Assembly (NCBI GenBank): GCA_038889075.1
Contig: JAWAHS010000005.1
Coordinates: forward strand, 78,112 to 100,302
Direction of reading: 5' to 3'
DNA from: Ignisphaera sp.
GTDB taxonomy: Archaea > Thermoproteota > Thermoprotei_A > Sulfolobales > Ignisphaeraceae
DNA: 22,191 nt
A program made the translations under genes and the position numbers. Below the pieces are notes generated by a model, which did not search any database, was not told the DNA's origin, and saw only the letters and a program-made list of their open reading frames with translations. Of this stretch, positions 9,178 to 17,758 are shown piece by piece. The first letter of the stretch is position 1. Each line of letters begins with the position of its first letter.

Positions 9178-9324
9178 AGTTTCCCCCACCTAAAAATGGT
9201 GTAAAAAATATTTAAATTTAACATGTAAAACCCCAGCAATCAAATTCGATATTTTAAAAGAAAATTGTTGGATTACGCCCTTCTCTATGAACACATTATA
9301 TACCTCTACTCTAATAGGGTTCGA

Positions 9325-9639
9325 ATGAGTCGGAGGAGGATATATAGGCAAGGTGATGTTATATTAGAAGAGATGGATGAGGATTGCGAACTTCGAGGTA
9401 GACTTGAAAAATATGGTAAACTGGTTTCAAATTACCTCGAGATCGCTGGCGAAACTGGAAACAAACATGTATTGTTAAATGCAAAAGTCTATAATAGATT
9501 TGATGAGGTGTATATTGTTCTAGATAAACATGGTGCTATGATGCATAAGCAGCATCCTCCACTAAAAATTGAACCTGGTATCTATAGGCTGAGGTTTATA
9601 CGCGATTGGCTACTGAGAGACTCTGAAACCCTCGATTAG
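9325..9639 (+). CDS. Conserved hypothetical 'RQGDV' protein
   Basis: YRQGDV...GETGNKH...HKQHPPLKIEPGIYR...D pattern, recalled from small proteins encoded beside DUF6745 genes. ATG 9325 preferred over TTG 9265. Confidence 0.7.
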   Translation: MSRRRIYRQGDVILEEMDEDCELRGRLEKYGKLVSNYLEIAGETGNKHVLLNAKVYNRFDEVYIVLDKHGAMMHKQHPPLKIEPGIYRLRFIRDWLLRDSETLD

Positions 9640-9678
9640 AACTTCAATTCCTATTTTTCACACACCATAGTGATTATC

Positions 9679-10698
9679 ATGTATTCTATAGAAAGACCAA
9701 ACTATATCCATGTTGGATTTGGTAAACCCTACACTAGAAGCTTTCACATAACCTTATGTACCGAATCCACATCAACGTGCATCAAGAGGGGTTATTATTA
9801 CGGATATACAATAGCAGCCAATATTGCCAGTGATGTATTTGACAACATTTTTATGGATATTGTAAAAGGGAAACCTATAAATGTATATAGATATAGCAAT
9901 AGAATATACTATGTTTATACATATTCCGATTCTCTATGGAGATTTCTAGAGCTATTAAGAGAGCTCATCTATAAAATGTACAGATACTGCAAAACAGATG
10001 AATGCATCTACTATATTGTTAACGATATTGTAAATAGATGTGGAGTATATCCAGAGAGTTGTAGCAATGCTGTAGAGAGATGGCTAGGCTATATTGATAG
10101 GATAATTAGAAGGTATAGCAATGCTGGTAGAAAAGCCTTATACACACGATTCTCCCAGAGAACGAGACTCTATCGAGCTAAGCTCTATCACTATTTTCCA
10201 ACAATTGCTACAATCCCTATATATAGGGTTAATAGCATGTACTATAGTAGCTGTATAGATGAATCGATGAATATACTGAGAAGATTCTACAGCAATAACG
10301 TAGCCCATAGATACTCAGACCGTATATGTAGTACTACCCATGCATATATATTTGCTACTACAGATCTATTTGCAATTACACCAAGTAATGTAGAGGCTAG
10401 CTATGGTGAAGACTGTATCATTAAATTTGGTGATCAGCATGTATTTATAGATGATTGCGATGAAAATGAAAAGCACGTGGTATTCAAGCTTATCAATGCA
10501 AACGCTAAAAACAACATGATATATAGAGTTAACTGGGTTTCGGTGTTGGGGTTAGATAAATATTCAAACCAGATATTCTTACACTATATACCACCAACTC
10601 TACTGCTACATAGTGTTAAGATATGTAGAGAATGGCTATTAGGTCTGGTAGACGATTTTGGTGTAAAGAACGATGGATATATTCTAATTGAGGTATAA
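9679..10698 (+). CDS. Hypothetical Tyr/Cys-rich protein with DUF6745-like C-terminus
   Basis: Long open frame with no antisense competitor. C-terminal QIFLHYIPP...ICREWLLGL resembles the (Y/F)LxVPP...AxxWxFGL tail of DUF6745-type proteins. ORF track start GTG 9670, ATG 9679. Confidence 0.6.
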   Translation: MYSIERPNYIHVGFGKPYTRSFHITLCTESTSTCIKRGYYYGYTIAANIASDVFDNIFMDIVKGKPINVYRYSNRIYYVYTYSDSLWRFLELLRELIYKMYRYCKTDECIYYIVNDIVNRCGVYPESCSNAVERWLGYIDRIIRRYSNAGRKALYTRFSQRTRLYRAKLYHYFPTIATIPIYRVNSMYYSSCIDESMNILRRFYSNNVAHRYSDRICSTTHAYIFATTDLFAITPSNVEASYGEDCIIKFGDQHVFIDDCDENEKHVVFKLINANAKNNMIYRVNWVSVLGLDKYSNQIFLHYIPPTLLLHSVKICREWLLGLVDDFGVKNDGYILIEV

Positions 10699-10752
10699 CG
10701 CTACACACAGCCTTTCCAGCATTGTCAATACTTTGGCGAAATCTATAAACCA

Positions 10753-11358
10753 CTAAACCATTTTCTCCACGTACTTTATCGGAGGCCTTAGTAGGAGAAG
10801 ACCTTCATTTGTTGGTATTACTGTTGATGCCCATCCCTCCTCAGACGCTCTCTTAATTATTGAGATGATTGTCCTTCTCGCCATATATGCATTATGGTAT
10901 ACCACTACACCATTCTCTCTAATTCTTTTCTTAACAATATCAAACATCTCTACATATATATCCTTATCTATATCTATAAATATAAAATCTATTGCATTTT
11001 CACTAAAATTGCTCCTCACATATTTAAGTGCATCCCCATATACTGTGGAAACATCTGTACGATTTTTAGGTACAGCATTTAAAACCTCTTTAAGTATTTC
11101 AAATCTTTCTCTATTCCATTCGATTGCATATAAACGGCTTTTTGTATAGGAATTCTCTAGGGCTGCTAGAAGCCAGATTGTAGAGTAGCCTATCCCGGCA
11201 CCTGCATCGATTGCTACAAAATCTGATTTTCCATGGGTTAACATATACAGTATTGAATACAATGCTATACCGTCATCCCTACCTATTCTTGGAATTGAAA
11301 GTTCATCCGATTTCCTTTCCACATAATTCAGCACGTCGAGTATCCTCATCGATAACAT
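10753..11358 (-). CDS. Class I SAM-dependent O-methyltransferase (COMT/CCoAOMT-like)
   Basis: IDAGAGIGYST SAM motif, AIEWN, GDAL, DFIFIDIDK and GVVVYHN. Start uncertain (11406, 11358 or 11349). Confidence 0.85.
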   Translation of the reverse strand: MLSMRILDVLNYVERKSDELSIPRIGRDDGIALYSILYMLTHGKSDFVAIDAGAGIGYSTIWLLAALENSYTKSRLYAIEWNRERFEILKEVLNAVPKNRTDVSTVYGDALKYVRSNFSENAIDFIFIDIDKDIYVEMFDIVKKRIRENGVVVYHNAYMARRTIISIIKRASEEGWASTVIPTNEGLLLLRPPIKYVEKMV

Positions 11359-11498
11359 GCTGGACTCCAAATAAAGAACTCCAATAAACCATATATGCTT
11401 TTCCACCTACATCGTTATCTATACACATATACCATTATCTACAAAACTGTAACCTAATAACGTCAAACCTACGTAACCAAATTTATTTAGAACGTTTG

Positions 11499-11547
11499 CC
11501 GACCTACTCTCCACCCTGGAAAGTAAGGGTCCACCTTGAGGTGAGGC
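11499..11547 (-). mobile_element. Possible degenerate IS200/IS605-family end sequence (relic)
   Basis: GACCTACTCTCCACCCTGGAAAGTAAGGGTCC resembles, from memory, the archaeal IS200/IS605 subterminal hairpin (GACCTCCTCCCCGCCCTGAAGGGCGAGGGTTCC-like). Short stems ACCCT/AGGGT and CACCT/AGGTG. No tnpA/tnpB ORF present. Confidence 0.35.
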
Positions 11548-11748
11548 CTGTTCCAACTATCTATTTAGGATGTACCTTTCATTTATGGACATTTGAAAGG
11601 ATTAGAGTTTTCTCCCACCTCGATTAAGTAAATGTTGCACTGCTACATCCACATGCATTAGGGGGATGAAACTTTTGACTAGGTGTCTATATTAATTATT
11701 CTCCAAAATACCTCTAAAAATCTTAGATGAAAATCAGAGTTGGTTTAT

Positions 11749-13254
11749 ATGCGTGAAATAGGTGTTGTTGCATCCAGCGCTCGTATCTCTTCTGCCCCTA
11801 TACTTATCTATAAAGATGCTGAACATCTAGCCAAAGAAGAATCTCTAGTTATTGTAAAGGATGCCAAATTTGGAAAAACCTATCTAGGTGTTCTAAGGTG
11901 GCTTAGTAAGTACGATCCTCTCTTGACCCATACCCAGAGAGCTGCCATTATTGAAAGACCCGAGCTTGCTGAAGAGAGTATCGATCTACCTTTTGAAGCT
12001 TCCTTTGTTAGAATTCTCGGCGAGGTAGTTGATGGAAGACTAAAACCTCCTTCCTCTCCACCTACCCCGAGATCAAAGGTATACATAGTTGAATCTTCAA
12101 AGGATTTACAACTTAACCTTGGATACGGTCTTGAGGTAGGCATACATAAATACAGTGGCTTGGTGATACCACTCAATCCAGAAGCACTAAGATACCACAT
12201 AGCTATCGTTGGAACTACTGGTACGGGTAAATCAAGACTTGTAAAGGCTATAATTGATGAGGTGATAGCTAAAACTGATTGGAGAATTATAGTATTCGAT
12301 CACACAGGCATGGACTATGTCAAGTACTATCGCGATAAAGTGGTAAACGCTGAGGAAATAGCTATCGACATAGATACAGTTTCACAGGGTTTAACCAATG
12401 CTGTAAGCTCTATGAGAGAACATATAGAGAACTATGTACCGATTACCCTTCTATATTACATTCTATGCATAGATATGAAAAAGGATGCTAAGGTATGTTT
12501 AAACCAGGATGAAAACCACATACTTAGACTCCTAGAATCTTCTAATATAGACATCGGTAGAATTGAAGAACTCATGCTAAATATCTCTAGGAGTAGCCTA
12601 TGGGATGCAGACAGAGTTGCATACATGTCCTATCTTGTTGCAAGCGTTCTCGGTGCTCGAAGACCCACACCTGAAAAGCTTAACCTCTATATAAAATTGT
12701 ATGGCAGAATGTATATTAATAGACTAAACAAGATAAGATACAGGGTAACAGATATACTTGATGCAGTATACAGAAATAGGATTACTGTTATAGATCTCAG
12801 CATTGTTGAAACAGAGGTTAGAAGAGTTATTGTCAAAGGCGTTCTCTCAAAAATATGGGAAATTGTGGAAGAAACTAGGAATCCACAAAACATTCTAGTC
12901 ATTATAGATGAAGCACACAACTATGCATGTGATAGAGGGTGCTACCCCTCCAACACCATGATTGAAAAAACGCTTAGAGAAGGTAGAAAATGGGGGATAG
13001 GCACAATATTGGCTAGCCAAAGAATAATAGACTTTTCACCGGATGTTAGAAATAATACAAACACCGTATTCTTTAGTAGACTTCAAACACCATATGATTT
13101 CCAACAACTACAAAACTTTATCGATTTAGCTGGCATAGGAACCGAAACTCTATCTCTCCTAGAAACACGGGAGTTCTTCTTTGCAGGACTTGGAAATCCA
13201 TTAAGGTACCCGATGCTTATACAGGTGAGGGCTGTTGGAGAACCACCTCAATGA
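11749..13254 (+). CDS. herA: HerA/FtsK-family ATPase (HerA-like helicase with N-terminal HAS barrel)
   Basis: N-terminal HAS-barrel-like region (IGVV...YLGVL...PPTPRSKVY), HIAIVGTTGTGKS Walker A, VFDHTG, IIDEAHNY Walker B, REGRKWGIG arginine finger and ASQR. Confidence 0.9.
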   Translation: MREIGVVASSARISSAPILIYKDAEHLAKEESLVIVKDAKFGKTYLGVLRWLSKYDPLLTHTQRAAIIERPELAEESIDLPFEASFVRILGEVVDGRLKPPSSPPTPRSKVYIVESSKDLQLNLGYGLEVGIHKYSGLVIPLNPEALRYHIAIVGTTGTGKSRLVKAIIDEVIAKTDWRIIVFDHTGMDYVKYYRDKVVNAEEIAIDIDTVSQGLTNAVSSMREHIENYVPITLLYYILCIDMKKDAKVCLNQDENHILRLLESSNIDIGRIEELMLNISRSSLWDADRVAYMSYLVASVLGARRPTPEKLNLYIKLYGRMYINRLNKIRYRVTDILDAVYRNRITVIDLSIVETEVRRVIVKGVLSKIWEIVEETRNPQNILVIIDEAHNYACDRGCYPSNTMIEKTLREGRKWGIGTILASQRIIDFSPDVRNNTNTVFFSRLQTPYDFQQLQNFIDLAGIGTETLSLLETREFFFAGLGNPLRYPMLIQVRAVGEPPQ

Positions 13255-14392
13255 AGTCATAGAGGAAGTTATAGGAGTATCACCTGAAATCGTCGATAAA
13301 GCTTTGAATAGAACAATTGACAAACTCTACAAGGAGGTTTCTAAGATTATTGAAATAGGAAATGAGATTAGAAGAGCTATTGAATCGAGAGGTAGCTTTA
13401 CTATAAAACTGATGGGTAGACCCATCGATCTCTGCTATTATACTATAGATTCCAGCTTTACTGCCCCTGCAATAGAGCTTATAGGTGGCTACCTAAGCAT
13501 TGCTGTTGTCAGCTATACAAGTTATGGTAAGACCTGTGGAAAAACAGGGATAGAATCTCGAGCATATGTAGATCTAAATTTTGTAGAAGATCTGACGAGT
13601 ATCTACGCCAAATACTATGAACGTAGAACAGCACTAGAACTTCTAAATGCTAAGAAGAGAGGTGAGGTAAATTTCGAGGTTCTTTTACTCGATGGCGAGA
13701 TAATTCCAAGGATACTTCCAAGCTGGAGAACCAGAGAATCAAAAAAGAGTAGACTATTCCAGCTAATCATAAATATAACAGAGGATATAATGGAACTCGC
13801 AGACAGAACGGATACCGCCATCGTTGGTATTCTAAAAAGGAGCTACTCTAGAGATATTGTCAACATTCTCGGGTTTAAGGAACTTAAAATGAGCGACAGA
13901 GCAATCCTAAGCCTTGTCCTAAAACCAGGTGAATATATAGTATTTGGATCGTATGTCGATCTAAGAGATGAACTTTTAAAGCTTAGAGCTAGAGGAGATG
14001 CAGATGATGAATGGCTTAGAGCTAGAATACCGTGGTACGACGGTATAGTTCAGAGTATGGCTGGACATACGGTAAAGCTTGCATTCTATAGAGCTGAAAA
14101 AACAATACACCCTACTGCAACAAAAATGGAGTATGTTACAAGTAGCTCATTAGATGAAGATACCCTTATATCAAGTATCATGAAGATAAGCGTAGGTACG
14201 GGCATTCCCATACCAATAGACTATACCGATGCATTATCGGATGTATCAGGCAGTTTAAAATATACAATATATCAAAAAATGATAGCTGAGTTATCTAAGA
14301 AACTTGCTAATGACTCTGATAAAGTATCGATATTCCTCTCACTTATGAATCCCGAGAAAATGGGGATAGTGATATATAGGCTAAAGATGTAG
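13235..14392 (+). CDS. nurA: NurA-family nuclease
   Basis: RNase H-like NurA motifs YTIDSS, YYER, LLLDGEI, VGILKRS and GIPIPIDYTD. Overlaps herA by 20 nt with a GGTGAGG SD, indicating translational coupling. Confidence 0.82.
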   Translation: MENHLNEVIEEVIGVSPEIVDKALNRTIDKLYKEVSKIIEIGNEIRRAIESRGSFTIKLMGRPIDLCYYTIDSSFTAPAIELIGGYLSIAVVSYTSYGKTCGKTGIESRAYVDLNFVEDLTSIYAKYYERRTALELLNAKKRGEVNFEVLLLDGEIIPRILPSWRTRESKKSRLFQLIINITEDIMELADRTDTAIVGILKRSYSRDIVNILGFKELKMSDRAILSLVLKPGEYIVFGSYVDLRDELLKLRARGDADDEWLRARIPWYDGIVQSMAGHTVKLAFYRAEKTIHPTATKMEYVTSSSLDEDTLISSIMKISVGTGIPIPIDYTDALSDVSGSLKYTIYQKMIAELSKKLANDSDKVSIFLSLMNPEKMGIVIYRLKM

Positions 14393-14467
14393 CAGATCCC
14401 AGACCACAACTGCTTTATGCAAGCCGCGCTCCTCTTGTCATGAAGAATAGCCTTTCTATAGACTTCA

Positions 14468-15445
14468 CTAAGGCTTCTTTATCTTTAAGAGGTATTTATA
14501 TACAGCATCAGCAGCTATTGCTCCCTCAGCTGCGGCTGTTATTATCTGTTCAAATCGGTATTTATATCTTCCACCTGCAACATCACCACATGCATATATC
14601 CCTGGAAGATTTGTACTCATATCAGGGTTTACAGCTACGTAGCCTCTATCATCTAGTTCTAGACCTATGGATTTCAGGAATTCCTTTGGAGGCTCGGAAC
14701 CTATCTCCACAAATACTCCATCAACAGCCAAAGTTCTTTCCTCACCTGAAACAGTATTTCTTATCCTTATCCCAGATACCTTTTTCTCACCAACAATTTC
14801 AACAACAATACTATTCATAATCGGTTCTATTTTTGGATCTCTTCTAATCCTCTCTACGTAATATGGAAATGCTCTAAAGCTATCCCTTCTATGAATAAGA
14901 TAGACCTTCTTAGCAATTGATGAGAGGTATAGTGCGCTGGTAAGTGCAGAGTCTCCTCCTCCAACAACAGCTACAATGCCATTCTTGAAGAAAATGCCAT
15001 CGCAAACAGCGCAGTAAGATATACCACGCCCTATAAACCTATCTTCACCAGGGACATTAAGCTTCCTCTTAATGGTACCTATAGCAAGTATGACCGCATA
15101 GCTGCATACTCTTCTACCTGATTCAGTTTCAATACACCAAATATCATTATTCTTGACAACGCTTCTAACACTATCCCCTACAACTATTGGCACTCCATAC
15201 CTTCTTACGTGTTCCTCAAACATCTCAGCTAGCTTAGCACCAGGAACGCTAGGAATGCCAGGATAGTCATCTACAATGGGTGCTGTAGCCATTTGTCCAC
15301 CGATATCCCTACTTACTACAATTACCTTCACATTTAGTCTAGCTAGATATAGTGTAGCTGTTAAACCAGCAGGCCCAGCTCCAACTACAACACAGTCATA
15401 CACTCCTTCAACCTCCCTCGGTAAGACTATTTTAAATTTACTCAA
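14468..15445 (-). CDS. trxB: Thioredoxin-disulfide reductase
   Basis: GAGPAG FAD motif, GISYCAVCDG redox CxxC, GGGDSA, HRRDSFRA NADPH motif, GIYACGD. TTG start with GAGGTG SD. Confidence 0.93.
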   Translation of the reverse strand: MSKFKIVLPREVEGVYDCVVVGAGPAGLTATLYLARLNVKVIVVSRDIGGQMATAPIVDDYPGIPSVPGAKLAEMFEEHVRRYGVPIVVGDSVRSVVKNNDIWCIETESGRRVCSYAVILAIGTIKRKLNVPGEDRFIGRGISYCAVCDGIFFKNGIVAVVGGGDSALTSALYLSSIAKKVYLIHRRDSFRAFPYYVERIRRDPKIEPIMNSIVVEIVGEKKVSGIRIRNTVSGEERTLAVDGVFVEIGSEPPKEFLKSIGLELDDRGYVAVNPDMSTNLPGIYACGDVAGGRYKYRFEQIITAAAEGAIAADAVYKYLLKIKKP

Positions 15446-15635
15446 TTACAACACCTCACTACTATCTACATAGTTGCCAGAATTAATATGTTTAGATACA
15501 ATTAAAGATCTACTATTTACTAGGAAGATTAGAAATAATTTATTAGAATACAAAAGTTCGTTTAATATTCAAATACCTCCTCTACACTAAATAATTTATA
15601 GGTAATCTACAACCTATAGATTCTGGTGATAATCC

Positions 15636-16082
15636 GTGAATAGCATCTTTACAGTAGCCATTCCGATGAAAACTTTAATAATCACAGTAGCAATTCCCCT
15701 TGCAGTATTTGCGGTTCTCATAACCGTATTGGTTTTGCCCATAGTCCTACTCAAAATAGAAATTTCTCAAGACGTATTAGTAGTTAGAGCGCCTCCACTC
15801 TATAAATTTACAGTTAAACACAATGAAATTATAGAGATATCCTTAGTGAACCTAGAGCACAGAAATGACCTCACGCCAACTACAAGATTGTATGGCCATA
15901 GTCTACCTGGGTATAAGCTGGGATGGTTTAAACTTAGAAATGGTTCCAAAGCATTTCTAGCAACTTCATCAAACAATGCTGTAGTATTTAAGCTTGGAGA
16001 TGAATCCTACTTAATATTAACACCTACAGATATGGATGATTTTATTGAAACATTGAAAAAGATGGGCTGGCTGGTATCGTAA
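15636..16082 (+). CDS. Membrane-anchored bacterial-type PH domain protein (bPH_5-like)
   Basis: N-terminal TM helix followed by RLYGHSLPGYKLGWFKLRNG and LILTPTDMDDFIETL, typical of bPH domains. GGTGA SD. Confidence 0.65.
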   Translation: MNSIFTVAIPMKTLIITVAIPLAVFAVLITVLVLPIVLLKIEISQDVLVVRAPPLYKFTVKHNEIIEISLVNLEHRNDLTPTTRLYGHSLPGYKLGWFKLRNGSKAFLATSSNNAVVFKLGDESYLILTPTDMDDFIETLKKMGWLVS

Positions 16083-16100
16083 CTAACGGAGATAAGCTGG

Positions 16101-16628
16101 TTAATGATTTAACGCTGTGTCACTTTTAGACATTTCTACTGTTAGTGTTTTAAGATGATCTAGAGGTGTATATGTTGGTAGTACTGTGAATCCATAGTAA
16201 ATGTGTCTAGATGTTTTAGGCGGGTATATAGCTTTCTTAAAAACTGCCATATCTATTATACTATGCTTAGTTACTGGGATATCCTTTCTAAGTGGATAAA
16301 CATCTATATAGTCTTGAAGATAGTCTACCAGGAAAACTGGTATATACTTAATGCCAAGTCTTCTTAATATTTCAACACGATGATGACCATCTAGTATCAC
16401 TAGCGTTCTTATATCAACAACTATTGGATATTTCACATACCCCGATGCTATAATATCCCTTGCTATATACTCTATATATCCATCCAAAGTACCTTCATGT
16501 GGTCTTAGCACCTCTATAGGCATTATGTACGTCTTTAAACTATCCTTATATGGATCAAAATAGCTATTTAATCTATCTCTTCCAATTTTTGATAATAAGA
16601 AATTTAATAGACTGATGTCCAACACCAT
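16101..16628 (-). CDS. ParB/Sulfiredoxin-like domain protein (SerK-related)
   Basis: LRPHE, YPIVVD, ILDGHHR, VDY and YPPKTSRH motifs. Confidence 0.8.
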   Translation of the reverse strand: MVLDISLLNFLLSKIGRDRLNSYFDPYKDSLKTYIMPIEVLRPHEGTLDGYIEYIARDIIASGYVKYPIVVDIRTLVILDGHHRVEILRRLGIKYIPVFLVDYLQDYIDVYPLRKDIPVTKHSIIDMAVFKKAIYPPKTSRHIYYGFTVLPTYTPLDHLKTLTVEMSKSDTALNH

Positions 16629-16760
16629 AATTTTACACCCTAGTCTATATTTGGAGGATAATGCTAGAGTAGTTCTAATATTATACAGTTATACATCAAA
16701 TAACTTCATAATAATTACTCTTAAATCGTTATGAATACTGTAGCTCCATTGCATGTTCTA

Positions 16761-17756
16761 CTACTGTAATGGGAGTTTTACAGCATTTTTCCTTCTACTA
16801 CTAATGTATATTGCCTCTATTATTTCTTGTGCTTTTACTGCATCATCAACTGTTATGGTTGGCTTTCTACCTCTCTGAACAGCATCTATCATATCTTCAA
16901 GAGCATTTCTAATAGTGACCTGTGGGGGGCTGGGTTTTATCCACGCCTTTCTATCCCTTGAATAATATAGTATACCCATCGGTGTTCTTAAAGCTGCTCC
17001 TCTATCCCCATATACCTCCAGTGGAGTTAGTGATGGATTTTCTGCTACCTGTATCCACCCACTTTCTAATATTGATGGAGTTCCCCTAGAGAATAGCACT
17101 ATACCTATGCCAAAATCATCAACTTCGTACGCTCTCGTGAGATTTACAGATATGCCCTGTACCTCTACAGGTTCATCATTCAATATATACCTTAATAGAT
17201 CTGCTGCATGTATACCAAGATCTAGTAATCCTCCACCTCCAGCCAGTTCTTCTATTCCAAACCATTGAGTCCATTCCTTAAACCATTTATCTACAGCTGC
17301 CGAGTGGGCTATTCTTACCCTAGCCATGTAGATGTTACCAATCTCATTTGTGGTTATAATCTCCCTGAGTTTTACTATATCAGGATTAAATCTAGAGTTG
17401 AAACCTGTTGTAAATAGTATTCCATGCTTTTCTACAATACTCTTTATCTCCCTAGCCATCCGAACATTCAATCCTATGGGTTTTTCGCAAAATACATTTA
17501 TATTATTTTCAGCAAAGATCTTGACATACTCTAGATGCCTAACGGTTTCACTATCTATAACAACTAAATCCGGCTTCCTTCTAATAAGTGAATCTACAGA
17601 TGGGAGAAGCTCTAGACCATATTTATTTGCATAGAATAGACCTCTATCTCTATTGTCATCAAATGCACCAACTATTTCAATATCACTTCTAGATTTAAGT
17701 AGCTCTACATGGCCTGGTGCATGAACATGTGCAAAACTTACGATACCTACTCTCAA
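16761..17756 (-). CDS. Gfo/Idh/MocA family oxidoreductase
   Basis: FCEKP, GFNSRF and GGGGLLDLGIH. Atypical N-terminal SFAHVHA replaces GxGxxG. Starts 2 nt after the upstream paralog's stop. Confidence 0.9.
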   Translation of the reverse strand: MRVGIVSFAHVHAPGHVELLKSRSDIEIVGAFDDNRDRGLFYANKYGLELLPSVDSLIRRKPDLVVIDSETVRHLEYVKIFAENNINVFCEKPIGLNVRMAREIKSIVEKHGILFTTGFNSRFNPDIVKLREIITTNEIGNIYMARVRIAHSAAVDKWFKEWTQWFGIEELAGGGGLLDLGIHAADLLRYILNDEPVEVQGISVNLTRAYEVDDFGIGIVLFSRGTPSILESGWIQVAENPSLTPLEVYGDRGAALRTPMGILYYSRDRKAWIKPSPPQVTIRNALEDMIDAVQRGRKPTITVDDAVKAQEIIEAIYISSRRKNAVKLPLQ

Positions 17757-17758
17757 CT

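Noticed and set aside
10753-11406. DNA methyltransferase of a restriction-modification system next to herA-nurA
   Set aside because: Motifs fit a small-molecule O-methyltransferase (DFIFIDIDK); no DPPY/NPPY or PCQ motif.
11575-11600. Sequence ending TTGAAAG resembling a crenarchaeal CRISPR repeat end (also CTTCAATTCC near 9642)
   Set aside because: Single, non-identical occurrences with no repeat-spacer periodicity and no cas genes.
14393-14467. GC-richer intergenic stretch between nurA and trxB as a possible C/D box sRNA
   Set aside because: No convincing RUGAUGA/CUGA box pair on either strand.
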